In this document: positions 1-11,064 of the stretch, piece by piece | Position numbering within the stretch: the stretch's first letter is position 1 | Layout: each line of letters begins with the position of its first letter | Source: Phycisphaerales bacterium | GTDB lineage: Bacteria > Planctomycetota > Phycisphaerae > Phycisphaerales > SM1A02 | Length of the DNA stretch: 64,000 nucleotides | Direction: 5' to 3' | NCBI GenBank assembly: GCA_028823105.1 | Contig: JAPKCC010000001.1 | Location: forward strand, 10,089-74,088 | Made by a program: the position numbers and the translations under genes | Notes under the pieces: model-generated | Told to the model about the DNA's origin: nothing | Seen by the model: only the letters and a program-made list of their open reading frames with translations | Databases searched by the model: none

Positions 1-718
1 ACTCCATGGCGAGTTGATGGGCTTCCAGCGTGGTTCGCATCGCGGACTCGGCGTCCGCCGGCGTCTTCGCGGATTCCGCGGCATCGAGGGCGTCCGCGAG
101 TCCGCGGGCCCGCTCGCGGTGCGTCGAAGGAATCGAAGCATTGCGGCTGGACATCGCGAGTCCGTCGCGTTCCCGCACGATGGGACCGGGGATCACCTCG
201 ATGCCCTGGAACCTCGCGTCGCTGGCGACCATGGCTCGAATCACCTGCAACTGCTGCCAGTCCTTCTCGCCGAAGACCGCCGCGGAAGGACGGACCTGCT
301 CCAGGAGGCGAGCGACGACAAGGCAGACCCCACCAAAGAAATGAGGCCGTCCGGCATCTTCCAACTGTGGGCGCTTGGCCACCTCCGGGATGGGAAGACT
401 GGCCGCAAGGTCGATCGACGCTTCTCGTCCTTCGGGGTAGAGCGAGGATTCGGAGGGAAGATAGACAGCATCGGAACCGGCTTCGCCAGCGAGTTTGATG
501 TCTCGATCGACCGGGCGCGGGTAGGCGTCGAAGTCTTCGTTCGGCGCGAACTGCGTCGGGTTGACGAAGATGCTGGTAATGACCTGACTACCGCTCCGTG
601 CCGCCGCCCGAATCAGCGAAAGGTGCCCCTCATGAAGGGCACCCATGGTGGGAACGAAGCAGCCACCCGCTAGGGCGTCGAGTTCTGCGGGGTTCTGGAT
701 GATCCGAGGTGCCGTCAT
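1..718 (-). CDS. panC: pantoate--beta-alanine ligase (pantothenate synthetase); C-terminal end runs off the window start
   Basis: Absent from the ORF track because its stop lies before base 1. Reverse-strand ATG at 718-716 reads MTAPRIIQNPAELDALAGGCFVPTMGALHEGHLSLIRAAA. PTMGALHEGH is the PanC nucleotide-binding signature. I hand-translated about 120 nt from the start; openness to the window edge is assumed, not checked. Confidence 0.85.
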   Translation of the reverse strand, partial: MTAPRIIQNPAELDALAGGCFVPTMGALHEGHLSLIRAAARSGSQVITSIFVNPTQFAPNEDFDAYPRPVDRDIKLAGEAGSDAVYLPSESSLYPEGREASIDLAASLPIPEVAKRPQLEDAGRPHFFGGVCLVVARLLEQVRPSAAVFGEKDWQQLQVIRAMVASDARFQGIEVIPGPIVRERDGLAMSSRNASIPSTHRERARGLADALDAAESAKTPADAESAMRTTLEAHQLAME

Positions 719-1026
719 CGGGAGGAAGTGTACGGTCAAGACGGCTTGTATCGGTGATTCGAGAGATTCAACGGGGCTCCGGGCCGTATCGCCGATTTCA
801 GGCCCTGATTGGTGGAGATGCTGCCGTCCTCTCGCTAGAATGAGACTGATTCTCAATGCCATGTTTCGTGGAGGACTTATCTCCCGAGAGGCCTAGAGAA
901 TAGATCGCTGACCGGAGTCCCAGTCGACTCAACCCGTTCTGTCTTGTCGGACAGCCGAACCGTGCCACCCTGCATGGCTCAATCTGCTGTCGTTCTGCCA
1001 TCCTCGTCCCTCGGAGTCCTTCGACG

Positions 1027-2259
1027 GTGAACTTTCCAATCTACATGGACAATGCGTCCACCACTCGGACCGACCCCCGAGTCGTCGAGGCGATGCTTCC
1101 CTACTTCACGGAGATCTACGGGAACTCGGCAAGCCGCAATCATGCATTCGGCTGGGCCGCGGAAGCAGGCATCGACCGTGCCCGCGAGCAGGCGGCAAGC
1201 TTGATCGGGGCTGGGCCCAAGGAGATCGTCTGGACGAGCGGATCGACCGAGAGCAACAATCTCGCGATCAAGGGTGCCGCGCAGATGTATGCGAAGGCCC
1301 CGATGGGAGAAAAGAGTCGCGGTCACATCATCACCTGCATCATCGAGCACAAGGCGGTGCTCGATCCGTGCAAGCGACTCGAACGCGAGGGATTCGACGT
1401 CACCTATCTCGAGCCTGGTTCCGACGGCATCGTGACCGCGGACCTGATCCGCGCTGCGATGCGGGATGACACCATTCTCGTCACCATCATGTGGGCGAAC
1501 AACGAGATCGGAACCATCAACGACATCCGGTCGATCGGCGCCGTCTGCCGCGAGCATGGTGCGGTGTTCCACACCGACGCGACACAGTGGGTCGGCAAGA
1601 TGCCGACCGACGTCGAACGAGACAACGTCGATCTGATGAGCTGGTCGAGCCATAAAATCTACGGCCCCGGGGGCGTGGGTGCCCTCTACGTTCGACGACG
1701 ACGTCCTCGTGTCCGGCTTCAAGCCCAGATCGACGGCGGCGGGCATGAACGCGGTATGCGTTCGGGAACCCTGAACGTCTCGGGAATCGTCGGATTCGGA
1801 GCCGCCTGCGAGATCTGCGAAAACGAGATGGAGTCCGAAGGAGAGCGGCTGCTCGCGCTTCGGCTCAAACTCGAGAACGGGCTGAAGGGCCTGATGGACG
1901 TGGTCGAGGTCAACGGGCACTCCGAGCGACGTCTTCCGCATCTGACCAACATCTCCTTCGGCTTCGTCGAGGGCGAATCCCTCATGATGGGAATCAAGGA
2001 CATCGCTTGTTCGAGCGGTTCGGCGTGCACCAGTGCCAGTCTGGAGCCCAGCTACGTTCTCAAGGGGCTCGGTCTGGGTGATGAACTGGCCCACTCCTCG
2101 CTCCGACTCTCGCTCGGTCGTTGGTCGACTGAAGAGGAAGTCGACTTCGCGATCAACTCGATTCATCAGGCTGTCGAACATCTCCGGGTCCTCAGCCCGC
2201 TTTTCGACCTTCACAACGAAGGCATCGATATCACCAAAATTGTATGGCAGTCCCACTGA
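1027..2259 (+). CDS. iscS: cysteine desulfurase, IscS/NifS family
   Basis: 410 aa with a GTG start. N-terminus PIYMDNASTTRTDPRV, PLP-lysine context SWSSHKIYGPGG and active-site loop SSGSACTSASLEPSYVL are typical of IscS. It is followed by iscU. Confidence 0.93.
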   Translation: MNFPIYMDNASTTRTDPRVVEAMLPYFTEIYGNSASRNHAFGWAAEAGIDRAREQAASLIGAGPKEIVWTSGSTESNNLAIKGAAQMYAKAPMGEKSRGHIITCIIEHKAVLDPCKRLEREGFDVTYLEPGSDGIVTADLIRAAMRDDTILVTIMWANNEIGTINDIRSIGAVCREHGAVFHTDATQWVGKMPTDVERDNVDLMSWSSHKIYGPGGVGALYVRRRRPRVRLQAQIDGGGHERGMRSGTLNVSGIVGFGAACEICENEMESEGERLLALRLKLENGLKGLMDVVEVNGHSERRLPHLTNISFGFVEGESLMMGIKDIACSSGSACTSASLEPSYVLKGLGLGDELAHSSLRLSLGRWSTEEEVDFAINSIHQAVEHLRVLSPLFDLHNEGIDITKIVWQSH

Positions 2260-2309
2260 CGCTCCGCGATCGGGACTCCCCTCTATAGGCCAACTAAGGA
2301 ACGAACCAC

Positions 2310-2744
2310 ATGGCATACAGCGAAAAAGTTATTGATCACTACCAGAACCCCAGAAACGTCGGTTCTTTCGGCGCCTCCAACGAGGTGAAGGAACGGAAGG
2401 ACGTGGGCGTCGGCATCGTCGGCGCTCCCGAGTGCGGGGACGTCATGCAGTTGCAGATCAAGGTCGGCGACGACGGCGTGATCGAAGATGCGAAGTTCAA
2501 GTGTTTCGGATGCGGCTCGGCGATCGCGAGCTCATCGCTCGCCACCGAGTGGATCAAGGGCAAGTCCGTGGACGAGGCCCTCAAGATCAAGAACACTCGA
2601 ATCGTCGAAGAGCTCTCGCTACCCCCCGTGAAAATTCACTGCTCAGTGCTCGCAGAAGACTCGATTCGCACGGCGATCGAGGACTACAAGAGAAAGAACG
2701 GCAAACTCGACGAGGCCGATACCGGTCACGCGCACGCCCACTGA
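2310..2744 (+). CDS. iscU: Fe-S cluster assembly scaffold IscU
   Basis: 144 aa: MAYSEKVIDHYQNPRNVGSF, GAPECGDVMQLQIKV, FKCFGCGSAIASSS. The three scaffold cysteines are present. Confidence 0.93.
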   Translation: MAYSEKVIDHYQNPRNVGSFGASNEVKERKDVGVGIVGAPECGDVMQLQIKVGDDGVIEDAKFKCFGCGSAIASSSLATEWIKGKSVDEALKIKNTRIVEELSLPPVKIHCSVLAEDSIRTAIEDYKRKNGKLDEADTGHAHAH

Positions 2745-2809
2745 TCGACTTTGAATCCGGCGGCGACGCCGGCATTCGTGAAACTTTTTGAAACATAAGG
2801 AGGCACCCG

Positions 2810-3244
2810 ATGCCTGTGAACGTGACCGAAAACGCTGCCCGTGAAATCGACGCAATCATTCGCCAACAGGACCTCGATCCTGCCAAGATCTGTCTTCGCG
2901 TCGGCGTGAAGGGCGGCGGTTGCAGTGGATTCAGCTACCTCCTGGACCTCACCGAGGTCCAGAAGGATTCCGACGAGATGTGGGAGTTCAATTACCACCG
3001 CCGTCCGGCGAAGGCGTCGACCGCCGCCGCCTCCTCCGAAGGGGGAACTGCGGTCGCGACGGGCGATGACGATGTGGAGGGTGGCGAGCCGTTCGCGGTT
3101 CGAGTCGTCTGCGATCCGAAGTCGTATCTCTACTTGAACGAAACCACGATCGACTTCAAGGATGAGATCATGGGACGCGGATTCGTCTTCAGCAATCCGA
3201 ATGCCACCAGCAGTTGCGGTTGTGGCTCGAGTTTCTCGGCCTGA
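2810..3244 (+). CDS. iscA: IscA/HesB-type Fe-S cluster insertion protein with an internal low-complexity insertion
   Basis: GGGCSGFSY motif and C-terminal FSNPNATSSCGCGSSF (CGCG) are typical of the A-type carrier. At 144 aa it is longer than usual because of an insertion, about RRPAKASTAAASSEGGTAVATGDDDVEGGEP. Confidence 0.85.
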   Translation: MPVNVTENAAREIDAIIRQQDLDPAKICLRVGVKGGGCSGFSYLLDLTEVQKDSDEMWEFNYHRRPAKASTAAASSEGGTAVATGDDDVEGGEPFAVRVVCDPKSYLYLNETTIDFKDEIMGRGFVFSNPNATSSCGCGSSFSA

Positions 3245-3267
3245 CCCCGACCTGAGATTTAATAATG

Positions 3268-3297
3268 AACGGGCCACCCTCGCGGGTGGCCCGTTTT
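3268..3297. terminator. bidirectional intrinsic terminator between iscA and the convergent peptidase gene
   Basis: Perfect 12-bp stem AACGGGCCACCC / GGGTGGCCCGTT with loop TCGC, followed by TTTTC on the plus strand and a T/A-rich run on the minus strand. Confidence 0.6.
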
Positions 3298-3357
3298 CGT
3301 GCGCCGTGCGGCAACGAGATCGGTCGAGTCGGCATGGATGGAAACGGGCGGGCGACC

Positions 3358-5340
3358 TTACTTCAGAATGCGAAGGGCTTCGGCGGTATCTTCGATGAGT
3401 GGCGCCGCGGACAGCGGTCCACCCACCGCCGATCGCATCCACGCGTCCGGCGTGACGCGTCCGATGGAACAGATCCGCTTCGTTTCCGCGGCAAGGTCCT
3501 TTCCCTGCATATGGCTTCGGATCTGATGGCTGATCGTCCGGCCGATGGCATAGTCGGGGAGGTAGAGGGGATGCCCGAGCATGTGCTGGTATGCCCCGAG
3601 GATGTGATACGGATCATCTCCGAAGTGTTCCTGGAAGAACTCGGCCCAGACTTCGCGGGCGTTGCGAAGCAGGTTGTCGCGGATGCCTTCCGGCGTGCAA
3701 GCTTCGCCGGCTTCGTAAATCCATCGCCAGGTGCGAAGCTCGACGAGGCTCGGCCCGGCGATCTGGCACGCCATCAGCATCGATGCGATGGTCTCCTCGT
3801 GATACGCACGTTCGGCCTCCGCGGCATTCTCGATCCCGAGGGCTCGCTTCGCGAGCGACTGGTAGAGGAAGGCGAAGGCCTCGGTACACGCCGTGTTCGG
3901 GACACCTCGAAGGGCCTTCCTCGGTACGAAGAACGTCGAACAAAGTTGTTCAAGGTTGTGTCCAAGTTCGTGCATGCCCGTGTCGAACCCGTCCCAGCCG
4001 AGCTGGTCTTTGAGACGATTGGTGCGGAGCCAGGCGCCGTACTCGGGAAGTTGGGGTCGCATCGCGTGGCCCGAACCCCTGGCGATTTCCACCCGAACTC
4101 TCGATCCGAGGAATTCGGCGTCGTGGTCAGGCCATCCGAGGCCTTTGAGTATCTCCGGAAGTTTCGCCTGAAATTCCACCTCATCACGACAGAGCCGGCT
4201 CACTTCAGTGTTCATTTCGTCTGCATCACGAGTCTCGAAGAGGTCATCGAAGTAGATGTCATGCGCCTCGAGCGGTCGCTCTAGGCGCTTCGAGATCAGG
4301 GCGGCGAGATCCTTGCGTACCGGGGCCGCGAGGAGATCGACGAGCAATTGCTCGACTTCCTGTTCGGGGATCTCGCGTTCCAGACCGAACTTACGATCGA
4401 TCGCGGTGGGATGGTCCGGGTGGTGTTCATCCAGCGCTCGTGCGATCCGAACGTTGTTCATCCAGTGTTCGTACCGGACCAGATCGAGCACCGGTCCGGG
4501 GTCGGCACCGCCGATGGTGTTCGTCGCGGGATCCCAGTCTTCCGTCGTGGATCGTTCCATGACGGCGACGGGAAGCGTGCCGTCGATATGACGCCCCATG
4601 ACCCATGACAGCGCCCGTTGCTTGTGGAGTCCGTCGGGATCGTTGTACCCGCCCTTCATCTCCTCCCGGATGAGCCAGTGGGCAAGCAATGCTCGGTCCG
4701 TCTCGAACCATCGACGGCCGGTGGTGTCGGTCATCGTGCCTACCGGGACATGGAAGTTCGACACCCAGTGGTAGCTCTTGAAATGAAGATCACGGGCGAG
4801 ATCAGCCACTTCCTTGGGGATTCGTGGGCCGAATGAAGCGGTTATCCGAGCTTCGGCCCATCGGGCGGCATCCCAGTCGCCGCCGGCGGCGAGCATGTCG
4901 TCGAGCGTCGACTTCTCGAAGTTGAGGAGTGTGATGAAGGCGATCTTCTGGTCGTAGAACTGTTCCGCGAGGTCCGGAGCGGGGTCAAACGTCGCGAACG
5001 CCGAATCGGTCTCGGGGAGGGAGTCACCGACCAGATCGCTCCAGCGGCGCAGATTCCGTCGCATCTCGTACAGGTGACCGCGAACCTGCTCGAGCACCGT
5101 TTCTAGGCGATCGAGGAGCTTTGTGCGGTCGTCGTCGGTGGTGGCGTAGTGATCAAGGCAGAATCGAGCGAAGGCCTCCGTGTCGCCGTCTGAGTCCCGC
5201 CACAGCTTCCCGCACTGGTGAATGCCGCGTACGGCGCCGTCGCGACATGCCTCGCCGTGGGCGGACACGATGCCGTCGACCGCGTGGGAGAGATTCTCGG
5301 GGGTGAGGAACAACGAGGGGGGGGTGTCAAGGGTGGTCAT
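3358..5340 (-). CDS. M3-like zinc metallopeptidase (oligoendopeptidase F-like), function uncertain
   Basis: 660-aa ORF with high GC3. HExxH motif GMHELGHNLEQ has a downstream Glu (CTEAFAFLYQ) spaced as in the M3 family. The large N-terminal region is unrecognised. Confidence 0.75.
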   Translation of the reverse strand: MTTLDTPPSLFLTPENLSHAVDGIVSAHGEACRDGAVRGIHQCGKLWRDSDGDTEAFARFCLDHYATTDDDRTKLLDRLETVLEQVRGHLYEMRRNLRRWSDLVGDSLPETDSAFATFDPAPDLAEQFYDQKIAFITLLNFEKSTLDDMLAAGGDWDAARWAEARITASFGPRIPKEVADLARDLHFKSYHWVSNFHVPVGTMTDTTGRRWFETDRALLAHWLIREEMKGGYNDPDGLHKQRALSWVMGRHIDGTLPVAVMERSTTEDWDPATNTIGGADPGPVLDLVRYEHWMNNVRIARALDEHHPDHPTAIDRKFGLEREIPEQEVEQLLVDLLAAPVRKDLAALISKRLERPLEAHDIYFDDLFETRDADEMNTEVSRLCRDEVEFQAKLPEILKGLGWPDHDAEFLGSRVRVEIARGSGHAMRPQLPEYGAWLRTNRLKDQLGWDGFDTGMHELGHNLEQLCSTFFVPRKALRGVPNTACTEAFAFLYQSLAKRALGIENAAEAERAYHEETIASMLMACQIAGPSLVELRTWRWIYEAGEACTPEGIRDNLLRNAREVWAEFFQEHFGDDPYHILGAYQHMLGHPLYLPDYAIGRTISHQIRSHMQGKDLAAETKRICSIGRVTPDAWMRSAVGGPLSAAPLIEDTAEALRILK

Positions 5341-5377
5341 GGCTCAAATGGTAGCGATGATCGGCTACGCTCCGGCG

Positions 5378-5800
5378 ATGATTGGAAGATCCTTCATCGG
5401 CGTCCGACTCCGCTTGCTGGCGGTCTGGAGCATCGTGCTGTCAGGTTGTATGACACAGGTGCAGAAGGGGTTCGACGGCGTCCTCCCGGGAATGACCAGT
5501 GAGGAGGTTCAGACCGAGCTCGGTGAACCCTCGGTCCGAATCCCGCCACGACTGGACGAGCAAGGCGCCGTCATCGACGGTGGTCGGTGGCAATACGCCG
5601 ACAATCTCAGTTCGCTGACGAATGCCGCTGCGTTTCCGGAGTACGTACCCGACCGCGTCTGGGTCGTCTGGTTCGATGTCGATGGAAGAGTGCAGCGGAC
5701 ACGGCGGCCGATCAGGGTTGAAGAAGGCGGCGGTGAACAGGACGGCGAGGGTGGGCGGACGCCGCTCTTTCCACCGACGGTTCCATCCCGCAGCAGATGA
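5378..5800 (+). CDS. BamE/SmpA-OmlA-like lipoprotein
   Basis: Signal peptide MIGRSFIGVRLRLLAVWSIVLSGC has a lipobox (LSGC). GMTSEEVQTELGEPS resembles the BamE core. The start is uncertain; in-frame alternatives are at 5339, 5348 and 5357. Confidence 0.6.
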   Translation: MIGRSFIGVRLRLLAVWSIVLSGCMTQVQKGFDGVLPGMTSEEVQTELGEPSVRIPPRLDEQGAVIDGGRWQYADNLSSLTNAAAFPEYVPDRVWVVWFDVDGRVQRTRRPIRVEEGGGEQDGEGGRTPLFPPTVPSRSR

Positions 5801-5870
5801 GCGTTTGCCGTCTCAATGTCCCGCGATGAAGACGGGGGGCGCCGGGATTCGTCAGCACGACTCAAAGAAA

Positions 5871-5915
5871 AGGACCGGCGAATGTCTTGTGACGTTCGCC
5901 GGTCCTGAGTTTTTT
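5871..5915. terminator. bidirectional intrinsic terminator between the BamE-like gene and atpD
   Basis: Stem AGGACCGGCGAA / TTCGCCGGTCCT with an 11-12 nt loop. It is followed by GAGTTTTTT on the plus strand and TTTTCTTTG on the minus strand. Confidence 0.6.
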
Positions 5916-5938
5916 CTGTATCTGATCGACTCTGAGAA

Positions 5939-7480
<1,542 letters not shown>

Positions 7481-7592
7481 CTATCGAAGCCCGGGGGAGT
7501 GGATTCCTGAGTCGCGAAGAATACCCGCCCGAAGGCCACTCCTCAACCGTGCGGCGCGAGAAGAAGGCTTCTCTCGCTTGAATTCTGGTGGT

Positions 7593-7982
7593 TCAGGCCT
7601 TGAGGTCGAGGTTGCGACCCAGTTCGACGCGGGTGGCGACTTCGAGTCGGTCGGCGTTGCGGGAGTAGAGGTGCAGGCCGCCGGCGTGTGGGGGTTCCGG
7701 TCGGGGCGGCTTCGCGGACGCCGGATCACCGTCGAATCCCAGGCCGCGATTGATGTCGCTTCGGACCACGCCGGCAACCAATTTCCGCAACTCCGGGGTC
7801 GGGCTGCTCTTCGTGTGGACGGTGTCCACAAGGTCCACGATTTCCGGACGAATGGTCGGCGTGTTGCCCGGCAGCGAGGTCGCCGGTCGGGTCGGTCGGG
7901 CAAGGCCGATGCCGTAGGCAGCAGTGGCATTGAACGGGATGGGGCCTCGCACGGTCATGGTGAGGAGTATACGAGCGGCCAC
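7593..7982 (-). CDS. hypothetical protein
   Basis: 129-aa ORF (alternative start at 7958, MTVRG). GC3 is very high in this frame (for example LHLYSRNADRLEVATRVELGRNLDLKA). I recognise no family. Confidence 0.55.
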   Translation of the reverse strand: MAARILLTMTVRGPIPFNATAAYGIGLARPTRPATSLPGNTPTIRPEIVDLVDTVHTKSSPTPELRKLVAGVVRSDINRGLGFDGDPASAKPPRPEPPHAGGLHLYSRNADRLEVATRVELGRNLDLKA

Positions 7983-8038
7983 AAGTTTCGTTCGGGTCCT
8001 CCGAGGTTATCTCTGCGGCCGGCCGACACATCGTGGAT

Positions 8039-9268
8039 TCAAGGCGCCGGTGAGGGGTCGTCGGTGACACCCCGATGGCCGAATTCCCTTGCCGCGGGAT
8101 TGGTCGCGCGGGTCGTCCGCGGAATCAGCCTCGGATCGACGTCCACCACTTGAGGTTCGGCATTCGACGGAAACCCACCAAGCCACTCGATTGCGGCGGG
8201 CATCTCCGCGGCCCACCAGAGATTCGGGCCCATCTGAAACTCGCCTTCGGGTTGGTCATCGATCACGAATCGTTTCAGAACGTTCACCGTCCACCAGATC
8301 AGGTTGTTTTCAATTCGAATTCCCGAGGCGGAAGGCCATCCGTCTCGAACCGACCGGAGTTCGAACGCCGCGCTCTCCGGTTCCACGATCGTGCAATGGT
8401 CGCAGAGGACGTCTGCCACGGAAGCGAAGGTGAACGGGATCGCCACTCGCTCCAGCACGCATCGTTCGATGCGGACGTTCCGAGCGGCGGGAGCCGGGGC
8501 GGTCTCGGGCTCCGATGCCGGCGGGGGTGACGTCGTCATGCCGATGGCGACGCCGGATCCGCCGATGGTCAGCATGGAGGAATCGAGGATCCGAAGGCCG
8601 TCGACGGCATCGTTGACCCGCACGCCAATAGACGCATTCTTGTCGCCGCGTATCGTGAGTCCTCGAATCTCCACGTTTCGGGCGTCTCGGATCTGCACGG
8701 CGGCTCGACTCCAGAGGTCGACCTTTAGGTTGATGAGACGACTGCCTTCCACGCCCTCCAGATCGATACCGACGTTGGTCAGGCTCCCTGGCTTCGGCAC
8801 CACATACACGTTCTCGAGGATGATCGATCGGCTTGGTCCGGCCGCGTCTCGTTCTAATCGAATCCCCCCGGACTCCCCAGCCAGCACCATGAGCGTCCTG
8901 ACCTTGATGTGATGGCCTCCACGAATGGTCATTCCCCAGGTGTCGCCGACGATGGTCGCAGGCTGGCTCGAATCGACCGAGGAGATCGTGATCGGCAGCG
9001 CCTCGGTTCCCTGATACGAAATGACCGGAAGCTCCTTGTAGAACCCGGGGGTCAGGAAGAGTCGGTCGCCCGGTGCCACCGCCGTAGATTCCGGCCACGG
9101 GTCTGTCGGGGCAAGGACGTGGTCGACGCCCCTGGCGGCCTGAACCCAGAGCAGCATGGCCATCGTGACGAGGGTCAGCATGACGAAGGGCGGTGAGGTT
9201 GGTTGGTGGAGATGCATGTGGTGCAGGGTGATCCGCAAAATCGACCATGCGGTCGGACCGTGGTTCAT
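8039..9268 (-). CDS. secreted right-handed parallel beta-helix repeat protein
   Basis: 409 aa with a hydrophobic N-terminus (VMLTLVTMAMLLWVQAARG). Repeated beta-helix rungs such as NVEIRGLTIRG, IGVRVNDAVDGLRILDS and NVRIERCVLE. The ATG overlaps the manA stop by 4 nt. Confidence 0.8.
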   Translation of the reverse strand: MNHGPTAWSILRITLHHMHLHQPTSPPFVMLTLVTMAMLLWVQAARGVDHVLAPTDPWPESTAVAPGDRLFLTPGFYKELPVISYQGTEALPITISSVDSSQPATIVGDTWGMTIRGGHHIKVRTLMVLAGESGGIRLERDAAGPSRSIILENVYVVPKPGSLTNVGIDLEGVEGSRLINLKVDLWSRAAVQIRDARNVEIRGLTIRGDKNASIGVRVNDAVDGLRILDSSMLTIGGSGVAIGMTTSPPPASEPETAPAPAARNVRIERCVLERVAIPFTFASVADVLCDHCTIVEPESAAFELRSVRDGWPSASGIRIENNLIWWTVNVLKRFVIDDQPEGEFQMGPNLWWAAEMPAAIEWLGGFPSNAEPQVVDVDPRLIPRTTRATNPAAREFGHRGVTDDPSPAP

Positions 9269-10293
9269 GCGAGCATGATGCCCGGGCGGGGTGGGACATC
9301 GATCTCGAGCAGTGAGATCGATGTTGCGGTTCGAAGGAGCGGTTCATCGCAAGACGCGGGAACCAAGACGGTATCGCCGGCGTGTATTCGAGTCTGGTGT
9401 CCTCCTGAATCCTCGATGCTCCCGGCGCCCTCGGTTGCGAGAAGCACCAATGGCGTCGAGCCGACCGTCACCGCATGGGAACCGGGATCGAATTCGACGT
9501 GATCGATCGTGAAGTCGGGCGTGAGGCAGAGGCGTCGCCGCCGACAGCCGGGCGTCTCGACCGGGGGACGCTCGTCCAAGCGGGTGACCGCGGCCATGCC
9601 GTCGTTCTGGGCGACGCCGAATCGCATGCATTCCATCGCCTGATCGAGATGCAAGGGCCTGCCGGGGTCGTGGCGATCCCAGTCCCAGATTCGGAACGTC
9701 GTATCGCTTGGGGTCTGGACCTCGGCCACCAGCACGCCGGCGCCCAGGGCGTGACAGATGCCGCTCGGGAGCCTGACGCAGTCGCCGCGCCGGACGGGGA
9801 TTCGGATGAGATGTTCGAGGATCGGACCCCCGGTTCGAGCCATCTCGTGGAAGTCCTCTACTGACAACGAGGGATCGATGCCGCGGTAGATCACCGAGTC
9901 GGCATCGGCCTCAAGGACAAACCACGCTTCACTCTTGATGGACGCCTCCGGATGTCGGTCGGCGTAGTCGGCATCCGGGTGGACCTGGACGGAGAGATTC
10001 TGCCGGGCGTCGAGGAGCTTGACGAGTAGCGGGAAACTCATCGTCGCCTTCGCCAGCGAGCCGAGGACGGCGGACGGGTCGCGTTGAATCAGATCATGGA
10101 GCAGAAGGCCCTCGAATGGGCCGTCGGCGATCGTCGAGCGTCCGTCTTCGATCGAGTCAGGAAGATCGGCGAGATCCCAGGATTCACCGATCCTCGTCGT
10201 CTTCGGGAACGCCCGTCCGAACTGCTGCAGGCGATTTCCACCCCAAGCTCGAGTCTTCAGAAGCGGATTGAAGCGGAGTGGGGGAAGGTTCAT
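9265..10293 (-). CDS. manA: class I mannose-6-phosphate isomerase
   Basis: 342 aa. PLLKTRAWGG, ESWDLADLPD and LLVKLLDARQNLSVQVHPD are type I PMI motifs. Confidence 0.85.
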   Translation of the reverse strand: MNLPPLRFNPLLKTRAWGGNRLQQFGRAFPKTTRIGESWDLADLPDSIEDGRSTIADGPFEGLLLHDLIQRDPSAVLGSLAKATMSFPLLVKLLDARQNLSVQVHPDADYADRHPEASIKSEAWFVLEADADSVIYRGIDPSLSVEDFHEMARTGGPILEHLIRIPVRRGDCVRLPSGICHALGAGVLVAEVQTPSDTTFRIWDWDRHDPGRPLHLDQAMECMRFGVAQNDGMAAVTRLDERPPVETPGCRRRRLCLTPDFTIDHVEFDPGSHAVTVGSTPLVLLATEGAGSIEDSGGHQTRIHAGDTVLVPASCDEPLLRTATSISLLEIDVPPRPGIMLA

Positions 10294-10384
10294 GCGTCTA
10301 CCACGGATACGGATCGTTGATTCAACTCGTCGTTGGATACGTGAAGACTGGGGATGTTCCCGGCAGTGTCGCGGGCCGCCGTGA

Positions 10385-10984
10385 TCAGACCTGCATGCCG
10401 GTCACGGTGACTTCAAAGACCAGGTTCTCGTTCACAAATCCCTGGCACTTGCTGATGAACCGCCGTCGATTCCGGGTCACGCTCTGGGCCAGCAGGATGA
10501 GCCGGTCGCCGGGGATGACCTGGCCTCGGAAGGCGCATTCATTGCATCGAGTGAAGCCGAGGAACCCGGCTCCTTCCGGCGGCGCTCCCTTGATGTGGAT
10601 GAAGCTCGAAAGTTGGGCCGCGGCCTCGATCATGAGGACCCCGGGGAGCAGGGGCCTTCCGGGGATGTGTCCGGGAACCCAGAATTCGTCGTCCCGCACG
10701 TCCCGCCAACCAACACCTTGTGCAAAGTCATCTGTCCAATGTGCAACGCCATTGATCTGGATCATCTCGCCGCGATGCGGGTTGATCACCTTGACGGCAT
10801 CAAGGTTCGCCATCGGGTTGTCAAAGTCGACGTTGGAGTACTCGAAGAGCGGTTCGGCTGGCACGGGCGTGTTCCTGTGGGGTGGTCTTGGGAAGTTCTC
10901 CCAAGATTCGACAGACTCTAATCGATCGACCTGAGAGGAGGAGTGGCGAACTCGGTTCCTCGAGCGTCTCCGTGGGTGGAACAC
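10385..10984 (-). CDS. FabZ/FabA-like hotdog-fold 3-hydroxyacyl-ACP dehydratase family protein
   Basis: INPHRGEMIQ, FWVPGHIPGRPLLPGVLMIEAAAQL and GFLGFTRCNECAFRGQVIPGDRL match the FabZ catalytic His context and hotdog core. It has an N-terminal extension of about 45 aa. Confidence 0.8.
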   Translation of the reverse strand: MFHPRRRSRNRVRHSSSQVDRLESVESWENFPRPPHRNTPVPAEPLFEYSNVDFDNPMANLDAVKVINPHRGEMIQINGVAHWTDDFAQGVGWRDVRDDEFWVPGHIPGRPLLPGVLMIEAAAQLSSFIHIKGAPPEGAGFLGFTRCNECAFRGQVIPGDRLILLAQSVTRNRRRFISKCQGFVNENLVFEVTVTGMQV

Positions 10985-11064
10985 GAGACGACGCCGCCGC
11001 CTCGATGAGGCGACGGCGTCGCTGTGATTCGCACTTCTCTCACAATTGATCCCTGCAAGAGGAA

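Noticed and set aside
14-673. Plus-strand ORFs of 219 aa and 104 aa at the window start
   Set aside because: They are antisense to panC, whose HIGH-type motif and N-terminus read clearly on the minus strand.
979-2316. 445-aa minus-strand ORF
   Set aside because: It is antisense to iscS, which has unmistakable family motifs. The composition is Arg/Asp/Gly-rich with no recognisable domain.
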